This document shows, piece by piece, positions 26,521 to 39,100 of a stretch of 64,000 nucleotides of DNA. Under the pieces are notes generated by a model. That model was not told the DNA's origin. It saw only the letters and a list, made by a program, of their open reading frames with translations, and did not search any database. The position numbers were made by a program, and so were the translations under genes. How positions within the stretch are numbered: the first letter of the stretch is position 1; each line of letters opens with the position of its first letter. This DNA comes from Phallusia mammillata (lineage: Eukaryota), in the NCBI GenBank assembly GCA_965637545.1, contig OZ281494.1, positions 5,084,001-5,148,000 of the forward strand. Direction: 5' to 3'.

Positions 26521-26835
26521 TAGGGATGTGCAACCTTTGTTACTATGGGGCACAAATACCATTGCCAAAATTGGATTGCGGGCTGCACCTGTGTATAGCA
26601 AAAAGTGATTTTACTTTGTTGCTTACCATATATGCTTAACTAAACAGTTACATTCGCATTTGATTCTAGTCACACATTGCCTGGTCGCAGAAAAATAGCA
26701 TTGGGCGCAATTATCTGCTCAAAATATATAATAGTTAGACACGTTTGTCAGTACATATGAAATCCAAGCGTCTCTGCGGACCGCACAATCTTTAGTGAAG
26801 GGCCGCATTCGAAGTCCGCAGGTTGCCCACCCCTG
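26521..26835. mobile_element. Older hAT (Charlie-type) MITE
   Basis: Imperfect TIRs TAGGGATGTGCAACCT / AGGTTGCCCACCCCTG; TSD not clearly preserved. Confidence 0.65.
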
Positions 26836-26879
26836 ATCTTATAAAATGCCGTTCAGCACGAAAATTGGGACGCATTTAT

Positions 26880-27117
26880 ACGCTGCACGCTGCACGCTGC
26901 ACGCTGCACGCTGCACGCTGCACGCTGCACGCTGCACGCTGCACGCTGCACGCTGCACGCTGCACGCTGCACGCTGCACGCTGCACGCTGCACGCTGCAC
27001 GCTGCACGCTGCACGCTGCACGCTGCACGCTGCACGCTGCACGCTGCACGCTGCACGCTGCACGCTGCACGCTGCACGCTGCACGCTGCACGCTGCACGC
27101 TGCACGCTGCACGCTGC
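26880..27117 (+). repeat. Perfect heptamer tandem array (ACGCTGC)x34
   Basis: 238 bp, no variant units seen. Confidence 0.97.
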
Positions 27118-27129
27118 TATCGCTCATAT

Positions 27130-28230
27130 TTAAGAGACACTATCAGGAAGTCCAACAATCGTTTTGGATTCGATCTTTCCTCGGAGGTACAAACCGCTCA
27201 AGCGAAAGCCACAACCTTTCGTAATTCCTTGCCTGGTGCACCAACTGCTGTGACTACCGATGTATCACAGTACAGTATATCATCGGAGCTGTTCTTAGGC
27301 AATCTACTAATAAGTAATAATGCCTGTCGCTCATTGGTATTCTTCAAGCGCTTGCGACCACCCGAAACTGAAATAGAGTGTCTTTTGAGGGAACTGCTCG
27401 CCTTCCATCTCGCTATCCATCGTTTGCGCTATTTTTTGAAAAGTCGCATGTTTAATGCTAACACCGATCACAAGCCTTTGACCTTTGCTTTCACCAAAGT
27501 GTCCGCTCCCTGGTCAGCACGCCATCTACGTCATTTAATCGCCATTTCTAAGTATTACACAGATGTGCGACACATTAAAGACAAACAAGACGACGTCGCA
27601 ATCGCACTCTCTTGCGATTCCAATCGGGTTTTGGGGGGCACTAACAACTACTTGGAATTCCTTTGAAGCTCAACTGCTGTTTATAACTTACCGTCAACAC
27701 GCAAACTTTTGCTTTACAGTTTGTTGGCACGGTTTAAACGCCATGTTGCATTCTGGTAAAAGGGGTATCCATTGTCAAAACGCAAAATATCAACGCCATG
27801 TGCGTGCACCGCTAGTTAACTACTTATTTTGTCATGCATTTTTCAACATATAAACGTGGACATTGTTGAACCGCTAGCACCCTCAGAGAAACGGATACCT
27901 TCTTACCTCATTCGACCGTTTTACTCGCCGGCTTGAAGCAATTTTTATGCCTGATGCTACAACCATATAGTATACATTAGATTTTCCGTTTCGAGATTTT
28001 TTTCGACAGATCTTCTGATCGCTGCAAACAGTTCACTACAAAGTTATGAATGGTTTTCACCCAGGTTCTTCGAATTTAACTTCACCGAAGAACCATGTTT
28101 AAAGCTCATACTCTGGCGGAACGCTTATCATCGCCTCATGAAAAGCGCAATCGTGTCAGGACTAGTATAGGCTCCCCTAAGTTATGCTAGGAATCAGCCC
28201 AGCTCGGAAGAACAGCAAGCTTTACCCAAT
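27130..28230 (+). mobile_element. Ty3/Gypsy pol relic (RT connection, RNase H, integrase)
   Basis: ORF 27229-27666 reads PGAPTAVTTDVS...RELLAFHLAI...FLKSRMF..TDHKPLTFAFTK...WSARHLRHL, typical of Ty3/Gypsy RNase H; integrase remnants near 28010-28200. Confidence 0.88.
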
Positions 28231-28934
28231 CCAAAATTTATCATTGCCTCAAGTTTGATTTATCTATAAATTACCGATCAGTCATACATGGGCAGTTGTT
28301 ACAGTCCATGGCTAAAAGTGGGATAGACACTTGTTTATACCCCTGAAATTTAACATCGGCCTTTTGATGGCCCGCTCGTGCAATATGCACTGTGCAAGTA
28401 CGATAACACTTGGGTGTTCCAAACATAAATATGTCAAAATTAAGATAACCCTTACATGTCCCAAGCCTAAACACGAGAAAACTACATACCTCGGCGCATG
28501 GCAAAAATGACACAACATTTTTAATTCGTACACTTTGTATTAAAAAGAACATTTCGCTTTCAATCAATGCTGCCAGTGATGCCCGTAGTGCACGTCCTCA
28601 TTCCATTCCCCAGCTCTTGCTCACAGTGTAATAAAACATCTGTAAACAGAATGACTGCAAGTTAGTTCAGACTTTTAAAACTTACACATGTGATGCGAAA
28701 AATAAAAGGCTAAACCGACTTGTTGAAAAGTAGACGTCATAATTCTGCAACTTATTACACACACAACAACTATTTTAGTCTATTTTGTTTCAAGACAGTT
28801 AGTTAAAAGAACTTGAACATACACACCAAGAACTTACCACTTATCACAGACGGTGTACATCACGGTTTCCCAAACCTATGCTGGTACGTTTTTTGCTTGA
28901 AGATTCTAAATAATTCCTTTAATATCACAGACTA

Positions 28935-30811
28935 GAAAGATAGAAAAACAGTACGAACAAGCACACAAAGTTGTTAAAAAGAGTTGTAGAGACGACAAAA
29001 AGTTTTGGACTGAAACGCTATGTGCGGACGCACAGAAAGCAATGAACAGAAATGACACTAGAGCGCTATTTGGAATAATTAGGCATCTGACAAAGACAGG
29101 AAAAAGCTCCAGTGTACCAATTAAGGACAAAACTGGAAAAACTCTTCTAACCGAGGAAGAACAAAACATGCGATGGTACGAACACTTTAAGGAAATTCTG
29201 AACCAACCAGAACCTTACGAACTGCCTACTTTTGAAGATGAAGATGGACCAACGATGGAAGTAGATATGGGTGACATCACAACAGAAGAAATTTCCAGTG
29301 CACTGAAAAAACTCAAAAACAACAAAGCTGCAGGTCTCGACCAAATTTCTGCTGAGATGCTAAAAAATGGAGGGAATGCACTGATTGCACAGTTGACAAA
29401 GCTATGCAACTTATGTTGGAAAATGCAGACTGTACCATCTGATTGGAAAAAAGGAGTAATTGTGAAACTTCCAAAAAAGGGAAATCTAGGCATTTGTGGT
29501 AATTGGCGAGGAATCACACTGCTATCTGTTCCAGGGAAAGTGTTCTGCTGCGTGCTTCTGCACAGATTAAAGACATCCTTAGATGAGAAGTTGAGAGAAG
29601 AACAGGCAGGCTTTCGATACAACAGGTCGTGCTGTGACCAGATCTTTGTTCTCAGAAACATTGTGGAGCAGTGCCTTGCATTTCAGAAACCCCTGTTTGT
29701 CAACTTCATTGACTTCAGGAAGGCATTTGATAGTGTGCATCGCAACACTGTATGGCAGGTGTTACAAAAATACGGTGTTCCACTCAGGTTTATAGATACC
29801 TTCAAAAACATCTACGAAGGATCGAGCTGCTGCGTAAAAGTTCAGTCAGGAAACACAGAGTTCTTTAGAATCAACACAGGTGTGCGCCAAGGCTGTGTCT
29901 TATCACCCCTACTATTCATTACCACTATCGACTATGTGATGAGAAAGGCAATGAATTATCCAAAGTTCGGCATCTCATGGACAAACCACAAGCGTCTTAC
30001 AGATCTCGACTTTGCAGATGACATCGCCTTGCTCGCAGAGTCGATGACAGATCTTCAAGAAATGACCAACTCATTGGCCAAAAATGCAGCAACAGCCGGT
30101 CTGACGATCAACAGCGACAAGACTAAGTTACTTCGAGTTGGAGGGGAAACTCAGTCCAACGTACATTTAACCATCAATGGAATTGAGCCTATTAACAACA
30201 TCACAAGCTTTACCTATCTTGGCAGTGTGTTCACAACAGATGCTGATGTGGAGGCCGACATAAATGCCCGCATCGGAAAAGCTGCTTCGGCCTTCAGAAG
30301 GCTCAAAACAGTTTGGTCAAGCTCGAAGGTTTCGAAACTGGTAAAGATCAAACTGTACCAGTCAATTGTAATGCCCACCGTTCTATATGCCAGTGAAACC
30401 TGGAAAATGACAGTCAAGCTGAAAAAGCACATAAACGCTTTCCATCAGCGTTGTCTTCGAAGGATCCTAAATATCACATACAAGGACCACATTACAAATG
30501 ATGAGGTGTACCAAATTAGTGGTACCAAGCCTTTATGCGCCATCATGTCGACGCGGAGATTTAGACTTGCAGGGCATGTGTTACGCATGTCAGACGAACG
30601 GGCTCCAAAAATCGCTATGAGCTGGACACCGCAAGGGAAAAGAAAAAGAGGTAGACCAAAGCTTACCTGGAGGGAGACTTTCCGCAAAGATCTAGAAATG
30701 AGAGGGTTAAACATAAAGGAGATAGAGGAAATTGCAAAAGACAGAAAAAAGTGGAACAATCTTGCTGCCCAATGCGCCCAAGAGCGTGGGAAACTATAAT
30801 AATAATAATAA
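28935..30811 (+). mobile_element. 5'-truncated RTE-clade LINE, apparently young
   Basis: 14-bp TSD AATATCACAGACTA (28921-28934 and 30812-30825); (TAA)n tail; RT frame open from the 5' junction; no APE endonuclease region. Confidence 0.93.
29042..30799 (+). CDS. RTE-type reverse transcriptase (partial ORF)
   Basis: Motifs NWRGITLLSVPGK, FIDFRKAFDSV, GVRQGCVLSPLLF, LDFADD, YLGS and C-terminal GKRKRGRPK. Confidence 0.93.
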   Translation: MNRNDTRALFGIIRHLTKTGKSSSVPIKDKTGKTLLTEEEQNMRWYEHFKEILNQPEPYELPTFEDEDGPTMEVDMGDITTEEISSALKKLKNNKAAGLDQISAEMLKNGGNALIAQLTKLCNLCWKMQTVPSDWKKGVIVKLPKKGNLGICGNWRGITLLSVPGKVFCCVLLHRLKTSLDEKLREEQAGFRYNRSCCDQIFVLRNIVEQCLAFQKPLFVNFIDFRKAFDSVHRNTVWQVLQKYGVPLRFIDTFKNIYEGSSCCVKVQSGNTEFFRINTGVRQGCVLSPLLFITTIDYVMRKAMNYPKFGISWTNHKRLTDLDFADDIALLAESMTDLQEMTNSLAKNAATAGLTINSDKTKLLRVGGETQSNVHLTINGIEPINNITSFTYLGSVFTTDADVEADINARIGKAASAFRRLKTVWSSSKVSKLVKIKLYQSIVMPTVLYASETWKMTVKLKKHINAFHQRCLRRILNITYKDHITNDEVYQISGTKPLCAIMSTRRFRLAGHVLRMSDERAPKIAMSWTPQGKRKRGRPKLTWRETFRKDLEMRGLNIKEIEEIAKDRKKWNNLAAQCAQERGKL

Positions 30812-31011
30812 AATATCACAGACTACACTGTTCGCCATTGTTGTATAGCAAACGACAATTCCATTTAAGCTGTCTTGAAAGTTGCTGACAAGGTTTCGAA
30901 AAAGTCATAACAGTGACATTGTAAAACCTCTCACACCAACTGCCACACTTTGTAATAAACACGAGGCACAAGTAGCAAATAATTAGCCTATCACATTCAA
31001 ATACATACTCA

Positions 31012-34000
31012 CAACTAAGCAAAAGCTGATTTCTTTGTATCATGATGTTTTTCGATTTATTCATAAAAGTGACAATCCAAACGTTTTGGGATTTATAACA
31101 AAGAGAATCAGAAACAAATTAACAATAATGAGAAATCAACTCACAAAAAAGTTCAACATAATTGAATACCCATTTAAAGATGAAACTAAACCTAACAAGG
31201 AAAGTGAAATTGGATTCCAAGAAAAGATGAAAGAATACCAAAATATGGTGACAACCAATTTCACGAAAATAATGCAGGGTGTTTTTGAAGACTGTTACAC
31301 TTTAATGGGCGAACCCCCATGTTCGTTTGCAGTGCTAGGATTAGGATCCCTGGCTAAAAACGAAGTAACTCCATTCTCAGATTTTGAAAGCATTCTGGTG
31401 TTGCAAAACAATGTTGAGATTGACGATGCTGTGATGAATTACTTTCGAAACTACGCAATGTTGGGTCAACTCGTGGTTATCGGACTGGGAGAAACGATTC
31501 TACCAGCAATGAGTATAAAGTCTCTGAATGATTTTGAGTCAGAAGGTGGTAAATGGTTTATTGATGTTGTAACGAGACGCGGACTTTCTTTTGACGGTCT
31601 TCTACCTCATGCTTGTAAAAATCCATTGGGAAGATTGCCGACCGAAAACAAACCTTGGCACACAGAATTAATACAAACTGTGGATAACATGTTGAGGTTT
31701 GTTGATGAGAATTTAGAGCTCAAGGAAGGTTATCATCTGGCAGATATCATTTCACATTCAGTATTTGTTGCTGGTGGCGAAAAAGAAGGTCAATCAACTG
31801 GTGAAGAAGTGGCTGCGAATTTTCACAGTCAAATAAGGATCAGATTTGAAACAAAGTTAAAAAGTCAGAAAAACAAAAGTCAAATTATTAACTCTATGCA
31901 AAACGACATTGCAACTTACAGTTTCCAAAAGTTAAAACATGGCCAGTCCGTTCATGTTAAGAAAGATCTGTACAGAGGAATTACCATATTATTGCCACAA
32001 TTAGCAATGCTGCTTGGCATTGTACTGACCCAGTGGGTAGACAATTAACAACACTGCCGTATATCTGACTCTAATAAACAAACAAACTATCACTGTCGAA
32101 ACAAACCTAAAAAGACGCAAACCGGTTTAACGTTCCCCCATTATATTTCAATAAGGCATGCCACGAAAGCGCCTCTTGCGGCTAAACACGCAACACAAAA
32201 GTCACCGCGCACGAATCAACTGTGAGACATCAATTCTAATGCGTACTCTAGTCACTTAAGGTAGCTTAAGGTAACTTAAGGTAACTTTAGATAACTTAAA
32301 GTAACTCTAGATGACTGATTTTTAGTTTGAAACACGTCGGTCTTTATAGCGTTCAGGTCATATAGTTGTTATGCGGCATAGTTATAAAAACGTACGCCCG
32401 AAAAGATTAACTGTGTTCTAAACCGTAATTATTCTTTAAATTGCTTATAGAAGTGTCAAGTTTAACATGGCTGGAAGCAGATTAAGACGTTGCTTCACGT
32501 TAACACGTAAGGGGACGATAAAACGATAGCCTTAAGCAGTAATTGACCGGTTTAGTGATAAGAAAAACAGGTTTAAATAGCCGGTCAAGCTTTTGTGTAG
32601 AAAAAAGGCGAGTTATGAACGGGTTTGACCGGGCCAATGGCTACGTCACACAATTACATGCAAGTTTTAAAATTAAAAGTCCAAAGTCCGATGTATTTTG
32701 AATTAAAAGTCCAAGGTCCGATACAGCATCAAGGGAGATTCTGGTTACGAAGTTATCCAATGCTTACAAGAAAAAAAATTGATAGATGATGACTTTGCTG
32801 TTGACCTTAAAATTGCGGTTGCCATTGCCAACTATGCTCGTGCAAAAACCTATTTCAACAAAGGGGCGCAATGGGATGCATTAGCTGGTGGAAAAGCCAA
32901 TCCCAATCAGAAAGGAACCGACGTTTTGGATATTGTTTCAATTTCCGGTTTGCAACATTTGATTTGTGTCGGAATTTACTTCCAAGAATCATTGGAAACA
33001 TCGCTTGACAACACTTGTGAATTTAAACCACTAACAAGAACTATCGACAATATTCTTCCAGGGAATGTTTTGTTTCGTTTTGAGCAATACGATCAAGCGA
33101 TTGCCTGGTTTACTACGCAGTTGGAATGCGTTTCCGGAGACTTTATAGAGATCGTACCCGAACAAATCTCCCGCATTCACCTTATGCTCGGCAGATGTTA
33201 CTACAGCAAGAATCAATACGATATTGCTTCCCATCATCTCATTGAAGCCGATAATAATTGCAAATCTGAAAATGATTTGGTACGAGGTCGCATTTTGCTT
33301 TTCCAGGCACTTAACGCACAAAAACTAGGACAAGTAGAAAAAACTCATAGTTTGATGGAAAAGGCTTACGATTGCTTTAGCAAATCGAAATCGTCCGAGG
33401 CAGACGAATACACCCTTGAATCGTTTGTGGATATACTACAATATTTATGTAAAGCCAATAACGATTTGGTTCCGGAACTAATTGAAGTCATGGTTATCGC
33501 TGGGGACCGTCTTTTGCATAAAAACAATGCACCATTCTTAGCAATCACGCATTACCAGAACGCCTTGTATGAGATGGAGAAATACTATAAGGACGAAAGA
33601 CACACATTACTTATGATATATGTTAAGGAAGCCACAGCGATATGTGAAGGAAAGTTGGGTCATTATGTTTCCGCGATTGATCTCTGGTTGGATTTTACCC
33701 AAAGGAGTATAAACATGCTAAAGCAACATGCTTTTGAAATCTCATTTAGACCAGGGTACGACCCGATCGACTCCCTGTTAAAACATGTGTCCGACATAAA
33801 ACATGCATTGTACAACAGTCAACAACGTCCCTATGCAACTGAAATTTGTTGCAAGCTTATCAAGATCGTCGATGAGTGGCTAACACTTCGACCTTCTGAC
33901 AATCTCTTTCGATTCAGTGCAACGATGAACGACATTCTCGGAGATCTTTACAACATAAGCAATAAAAAAAAGTTTCATAATCTTGCTATTCAGCACTATA

Positions 34001-36197
34001 GGAAGGCAAAGAAGACTTTTGAACTGTTGGATCCGAGTACGACATACTCTAAAGATTGTGAATTTATTCTACGCCTTCTCAAAACATTACCTCTTCGCTT
34101 TTTAATGTTTAGTGCACTACATTTTCAAGATTATTTAAATGTTTTGAAGCTTTCATTGGACGACTGCAGTGTCCTAGAGAACACTTATTTGTTATCGGAA
34201 ATTCTTACAGTTGTTGACTCGCTTATAGATTCAGCAAGGGATCGCGATAATGACTGCGAAGTATTGACTGATTTCCTTTCAAAACTCATTCGGTACACAG
34301 TCCACAAGGGCGTGAGTGAGAAGATGTGTAAAGTTCTTGTGAAATCGGTTACTCTCTTTTCTTCACTGAATTCTGCTAAATCCACAAAAACAGTACAGGA
34401 AATTGTGGGAATATATTCAAACATGAAAAATGATAAACGAAAATTTTCTAATTTTCTTATTCTATTAGTCACAACAATCATAGAAACATTTCCCAGTTTG
34501 ATGGTTAATGTACAAACAACATCCCAATTGCAAAAAATTTTACATGATGACAGAGTAGAGGAAACAGAAAAAGAACGATTTTTCCTCAACGTTGCTGTGT
34601 TTAATCGTTTTCAGCAAATCATAGACTTAACAGATGCTGTGGCTCTGCTGAAACCACTACCTATCAACACCAAGGCTACAATATTAATGCAAATGTCAGC
34701 AGCAGAATGTTTAAGAAAAAATCGAAATTTTTCCGAGGCAATAATGGCATACAACCTAATCCCGGTAGAGCTAACAAACACATTAAATATGTCAAACGAT
34801 GAAAAGCAATTAATACTTGTCCAGGTTATGCTCAGAACTGCTTTAGTTTGGTTGGAAGGGAATCAATCAAATCTAGCTGTTTTATCTTTCAAACATGCTC
34901 TGCAGCACATCGAATCTCTGGAAAAGAAAAATATTGTGTTGGATCAACCTGTAAGCCAGTTGTTTAAAATAGCCGAGCAGTTACAAAAACGCAATGCACT
35001 TGACGATTTTCTCATATACAGGAACTTACTGCTAAACGGGGACTTACACAACATTTTAAAACCAACTAATATTGAGGAACTGCATTTGCTTGTTCAGTTT
35101 ACAAACACGCCATATGATGGAATAGATCGAGTTGACAGATTACCAGAAATCCTGTACAAAGTTGCATTGTCGCCAATGTTAAGTTCTTGTAATGATGAAG
35201 ATAATCAGAAGAAAGTCGTTGATTCACTGCTTGAAAGCATTGTCGCCCTTTCAACCGAACTACGTTCTGATGTCGATCTCCAACCATTGGCTTATGCACT
35301 ACGCGAGATTTGCAAAAACAAACTAGATTGTTCTGCACATCTACTTCAGAGCCTGATTTCTTCGGTAGGTAAAATATAGTGTCAACTCATTTGAACTATC
35401 TTTGCTGGTGTTGTTATTGGCCAAAACGTAACACAACTTTACCTAAATCATTAGTGTTGCTTTGCTATACTTCTGCTTCTGTTAATGTACATAAACGTGA
35501 CATTTTTCCAACCGGGAACAGAAGGTCTTGTATGAGTAACAAACAAATTTGTGTTATTCAGAGCTTGATTTTTTCATTGGAGAGAAAACTTCATCTGTAC
35601 GATTTCCTTGTAGCCCTACTGAGCTTTTCAACTATCTTCATGGCAAAGGATCTTCCATCTGACGCCGTACGTTTTCTATTGAAAGGCTTGAAAGGAATCA
35701 GACAAAGAAAAATGCGTGCAAAAGAGCTGGAAAGGTAGGAATAATTTGTTAAGATTTAACACTTTAACATATATCATCGTCATCTCTACTAATTGTTCTT
35801 CCTATTTTGCAACGTTGCTGTTCATACACATATTTATACATATCTATAAATAAGTTACAAATTTTAGATTTTGTACAGTTAAACACGTATATATTTTAAC
35901 AGGTTTGAAGTGGCTTTTTTAGCACAACTCAGTTGGTGCTGTATGAAAACGAAGGACCTGACCGCAGCGTGGAAGCATCTTACACCAGCATTAAGAATTT
36001 CTGCTTCATTTGCTGTTGACGAAACATTTCATCAAAAACAATTGACAGTTTGTGAGTCCAAATCACGCACTAAGGAGACATTGATGAAATCTGTCAGATA
36101 TTTGTTGAAGCTGGTCAAATCCGATTATTTTCATCAAATTCCTGGACCGCCTTGTGACTTTTACTCAGACACATATACATTATTACCCTCGTACTGA
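31012..36197 (+). pseudogene. NTase-TPR paralogue copy 3 (5' end lost, interrupted by a solo LTR)
   Basis: Homology starts abruptly at caactaagcaaaagctg; exon 1 and about 80 codons are absent. Motif GLGSLAKNEVTPFSDFE. Removing 32021-32725 plus one TSD restores GIKGDSGYEVIQ in frame. Exon 2 ends 35364; exons 35562-35734 and 35903-36197. Confidence 0.9.
32021..32725. mobile_element. 705-bp solo-LTR-like insertion
   Basis: Starts TGTA, ends TACA; 4-bp TSD GCAT (32017-32020 and 32726-32729); non-coding; internal ~10-bp tandem (TAACTTAAGG) and a duplicated 3' motif. Confidence 0.82.
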
Positions 36198-39100
36198 TTC
36201 GATATTTGGTTACCTGTTGTTTGACTGACACATAGGATACCAAATTCTAACTAGAGCTAAAACTGTTTTGGGTTGCAGCCAGAGATGGCACTCAATGGCT
36301 GTACATTTGCGTTCTAAACCAGTTCTGTACTATAAAAGTTTGCAATGCATTGTTCTGCTCACTGTTTTATGTCCAGCTTATTCCGGCGACTTAACGCTTA
36401 GATTACGAGATCAACTTTTATAGCATTACTCCAAAGTGACTTTGTCACAAATTAACTGGCATTTGGCGCTTGTGTTTGGTTTGCAAATAACCCTATTGCT
36501 TTCGCGACGTATACTTTAGTAGGACTGTTTATTACATGTGCGAAAAATCTCTGCCAATGTTTTTGTGGGGCCCTTGTGTGAAATATCGTATATGGTGAAA
36601 GCTGAATACATAATCGGAAGGCTAAATAATAAATATGCGAATAATCCACAATTTTGCACATACGCAATACGTATTTAACGCAATTTGTAGAGTGCATGGT
36701 TTTACGTTTATTGGCTAACTTCATTATTTTTTGTGCTAAAATGTTAATTTTATTTTATCAGTCTAAGGATTTAGTTTTGATCCACCAAAACATGTCCTTT
36801 TTCAATTCTGACGACGAGTTGTTTTATTACCTGAAATAAATTATTGCTTTTCTTCGCCCGGTTTGATGCCGCAAACAAAAAATGCTTGCTTTGTTGTAGT
36901 AGTTTAGCTTGTTAAATCGTGCACAATCTGTTTCGTTGGCTGATTGTTCATTCTGGGGCGATATTAGACCTTCGATAACAAGCGGGCTCGAAAAGGTTTA
37001 TTGGGTAAGACTTGAAAGAGGGGGAAAAGTAATCAAATTTTTTCCACCTGACTATAGCGCTAAGACGTAACAGAAGTTACGAACTTCAGAGTCAGTTTAA
37101 GCCGTTTTCTTTGCATTGTCCTACACCACATGTTATAAATTATTATTGACCAAAAGTATCCAGAAAATTTGCAAAGTGACAACTTTAGTAATAGATCATA
37201 ACCATCAACAGCATGTCTTAACTGACGATCACTGCTTTTTTTAAAAATAAAATAAAAATATTTGGCACTAAAACAAATAGAGAAATGGTAGAGAGAAGGT
37301 AGGGAGAATTGGTAAGAAATGGTCCTGCCTCGAATACCTTAGAAACTCCATCGGCACCCACCGCCGTTGATATATCCCTACATAGGCGTACCTTTCCTAT
37401 TTTTCTTATCTTTATTTTCATTTTTTATCCCTCGATTCAGTGCCCAGGGTTGCGCTTGTTTTGTTTGGGTTTTGAGCTTGGTTCAGATAGCGTTGATAGT
37501 TTGAAACAGTAATATCTTGTTTCAGTGTTTTACTGCTTTTATTATTTTTTAGCGTGTTTGTTTTAGCAATCATTTTTATATCGACTTGTATTTCAATTGC
37601 AGGAACTGATGATGTCACGCTGGAGAAATATATATTCCTTTATTTAAACCAACTGAATCTCTTTAACCAAGGTTTTTATAGTCCATTGGTTTTAATGTAT
37701 TATTCAGAAAATTTGCAATTACCCTAAGACCCCAATTAACTGCAGCCGTTGGTTCGAATCAAACCCAGCTGATAGGAGTAAAAAAGAGCATCAGTTTATA
37801 CACGTAACGTGCACGACAAATGGAATCTTTATCACATAAATATGGTAATGAAGTAGCAACAAAGTAAGGAGCGAGATATCAGGGAGGTAACACTGCATCG
37901 GAGCGTGTTGCAGACAGTGTTTGACTTTGGCACACCAACTAGAGCAAAATCGCGTCTTAAAACATAAAGCAGTTGCGTCTACTTATGACACTCGTTTTAC
38001 GAAGTACAGAATTGTCTCAGCAGTTTGTTGAATCTTGAGACAAAGCGCTAACGCTAGCCCTTATGATTAAAAGCTGGTTCATGCAAGATGCCCATGGCAC
38101 CTCAATAACACAACAAATTTTGCTACCTTACCAATTATAATTCGACTTATATATCAGCTATTGCTGACAGGCATAATATAAACTTTATAGAGCTCTGATG
38201 GCAAATGTAATTTTATTCCGACGTTTTGACGTCATATACAGGTCGTCCACATCAGTGTAAATAACACTGAGTGCGACTAATACAGTGGATGATAAACAAA
38301 GGAAAAAAGAATAGAACGCAAGCACGTCACAACGCAACGAAAACACCGTGCTTGCATTTGCCAGAAGAGCTCTATAAACTTAATGATTCGACCTAGTTAG
38401 GTATTCAAACCTAAACTAATAACACCACCCACAGGATTCTCCGTTTCAGGTCAGATACTCTGGTACTTGTGTTGTGGTGCTAGTTAGGCACATCGTCCTG
38501 ACTCTCATCATTAATTAAGCGAAGTTCGCTTTTTGCATGCAGGTAAACAAAGAGCGACTACACAAAACACGAAATAGTGTGTTTGGCGCTCATAAGTTAA
38601 AAATTCCATTTCTGTTATATGTTACAACAGATACCGTAAATACTGGATTTTATTAAGTGGTCCACAGTTTTCAGTGCAACTGAAAAAGGGCTTAACTGAC
38701 TCGTTGGGGAGGAACCATTGGCACACTCAGTTGTGTATAGTTTTAAGATGTTAATTTCAGATATGCTTTCTTTTACCTCGACAAATAAATTCAACCCCAC
38801 AGAAAAAGGTTTAGCGCTGCGAAGATTATCCACGTTATTTCGAACAGCATACTTCCTTGTGTTTTTAAACAGTGATTAATGGCTTCGATGGTCGTGCTAT
38901 GTGTCATTCAACTGTCATCTTCCATTCGGGCTTTATTGATTCGTGATCCACGTGCGATATCCGGTGATTGTGAGACTTCGAAACTCAATATACCTCAATA
39001 TTTCCAAAGGAAGAACTTCTTAAACTCCGGTGCTTGTTGCAGCAGTCTAACAAGTATGTGTTGGTTTTTATGGATATCAGAGTGTGCGTTTTTGCAATCA

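Larger units (their letters stand above)
24294..28230 (+). repeat. Duplicated block A', main part (5' stub at 17061-17146)
   Basis: Colinear with 6919-8730, with extra insertions (tandem repeats, MITEs, 7-mer array). Confidence 0.85.

Noticed and set aside
26823-27224. Several ORFs with HAARCTL or QRAACSV repeats
   Set aside because: Artefacts of a stop-free 7-bp tandem repeat that is open in all frames.
37218-37618. Minus-strand short ORFs with a hydrophobic stretch, possible membrane-protein relic
   Set aside because: No recognisable family motif or splice structure.
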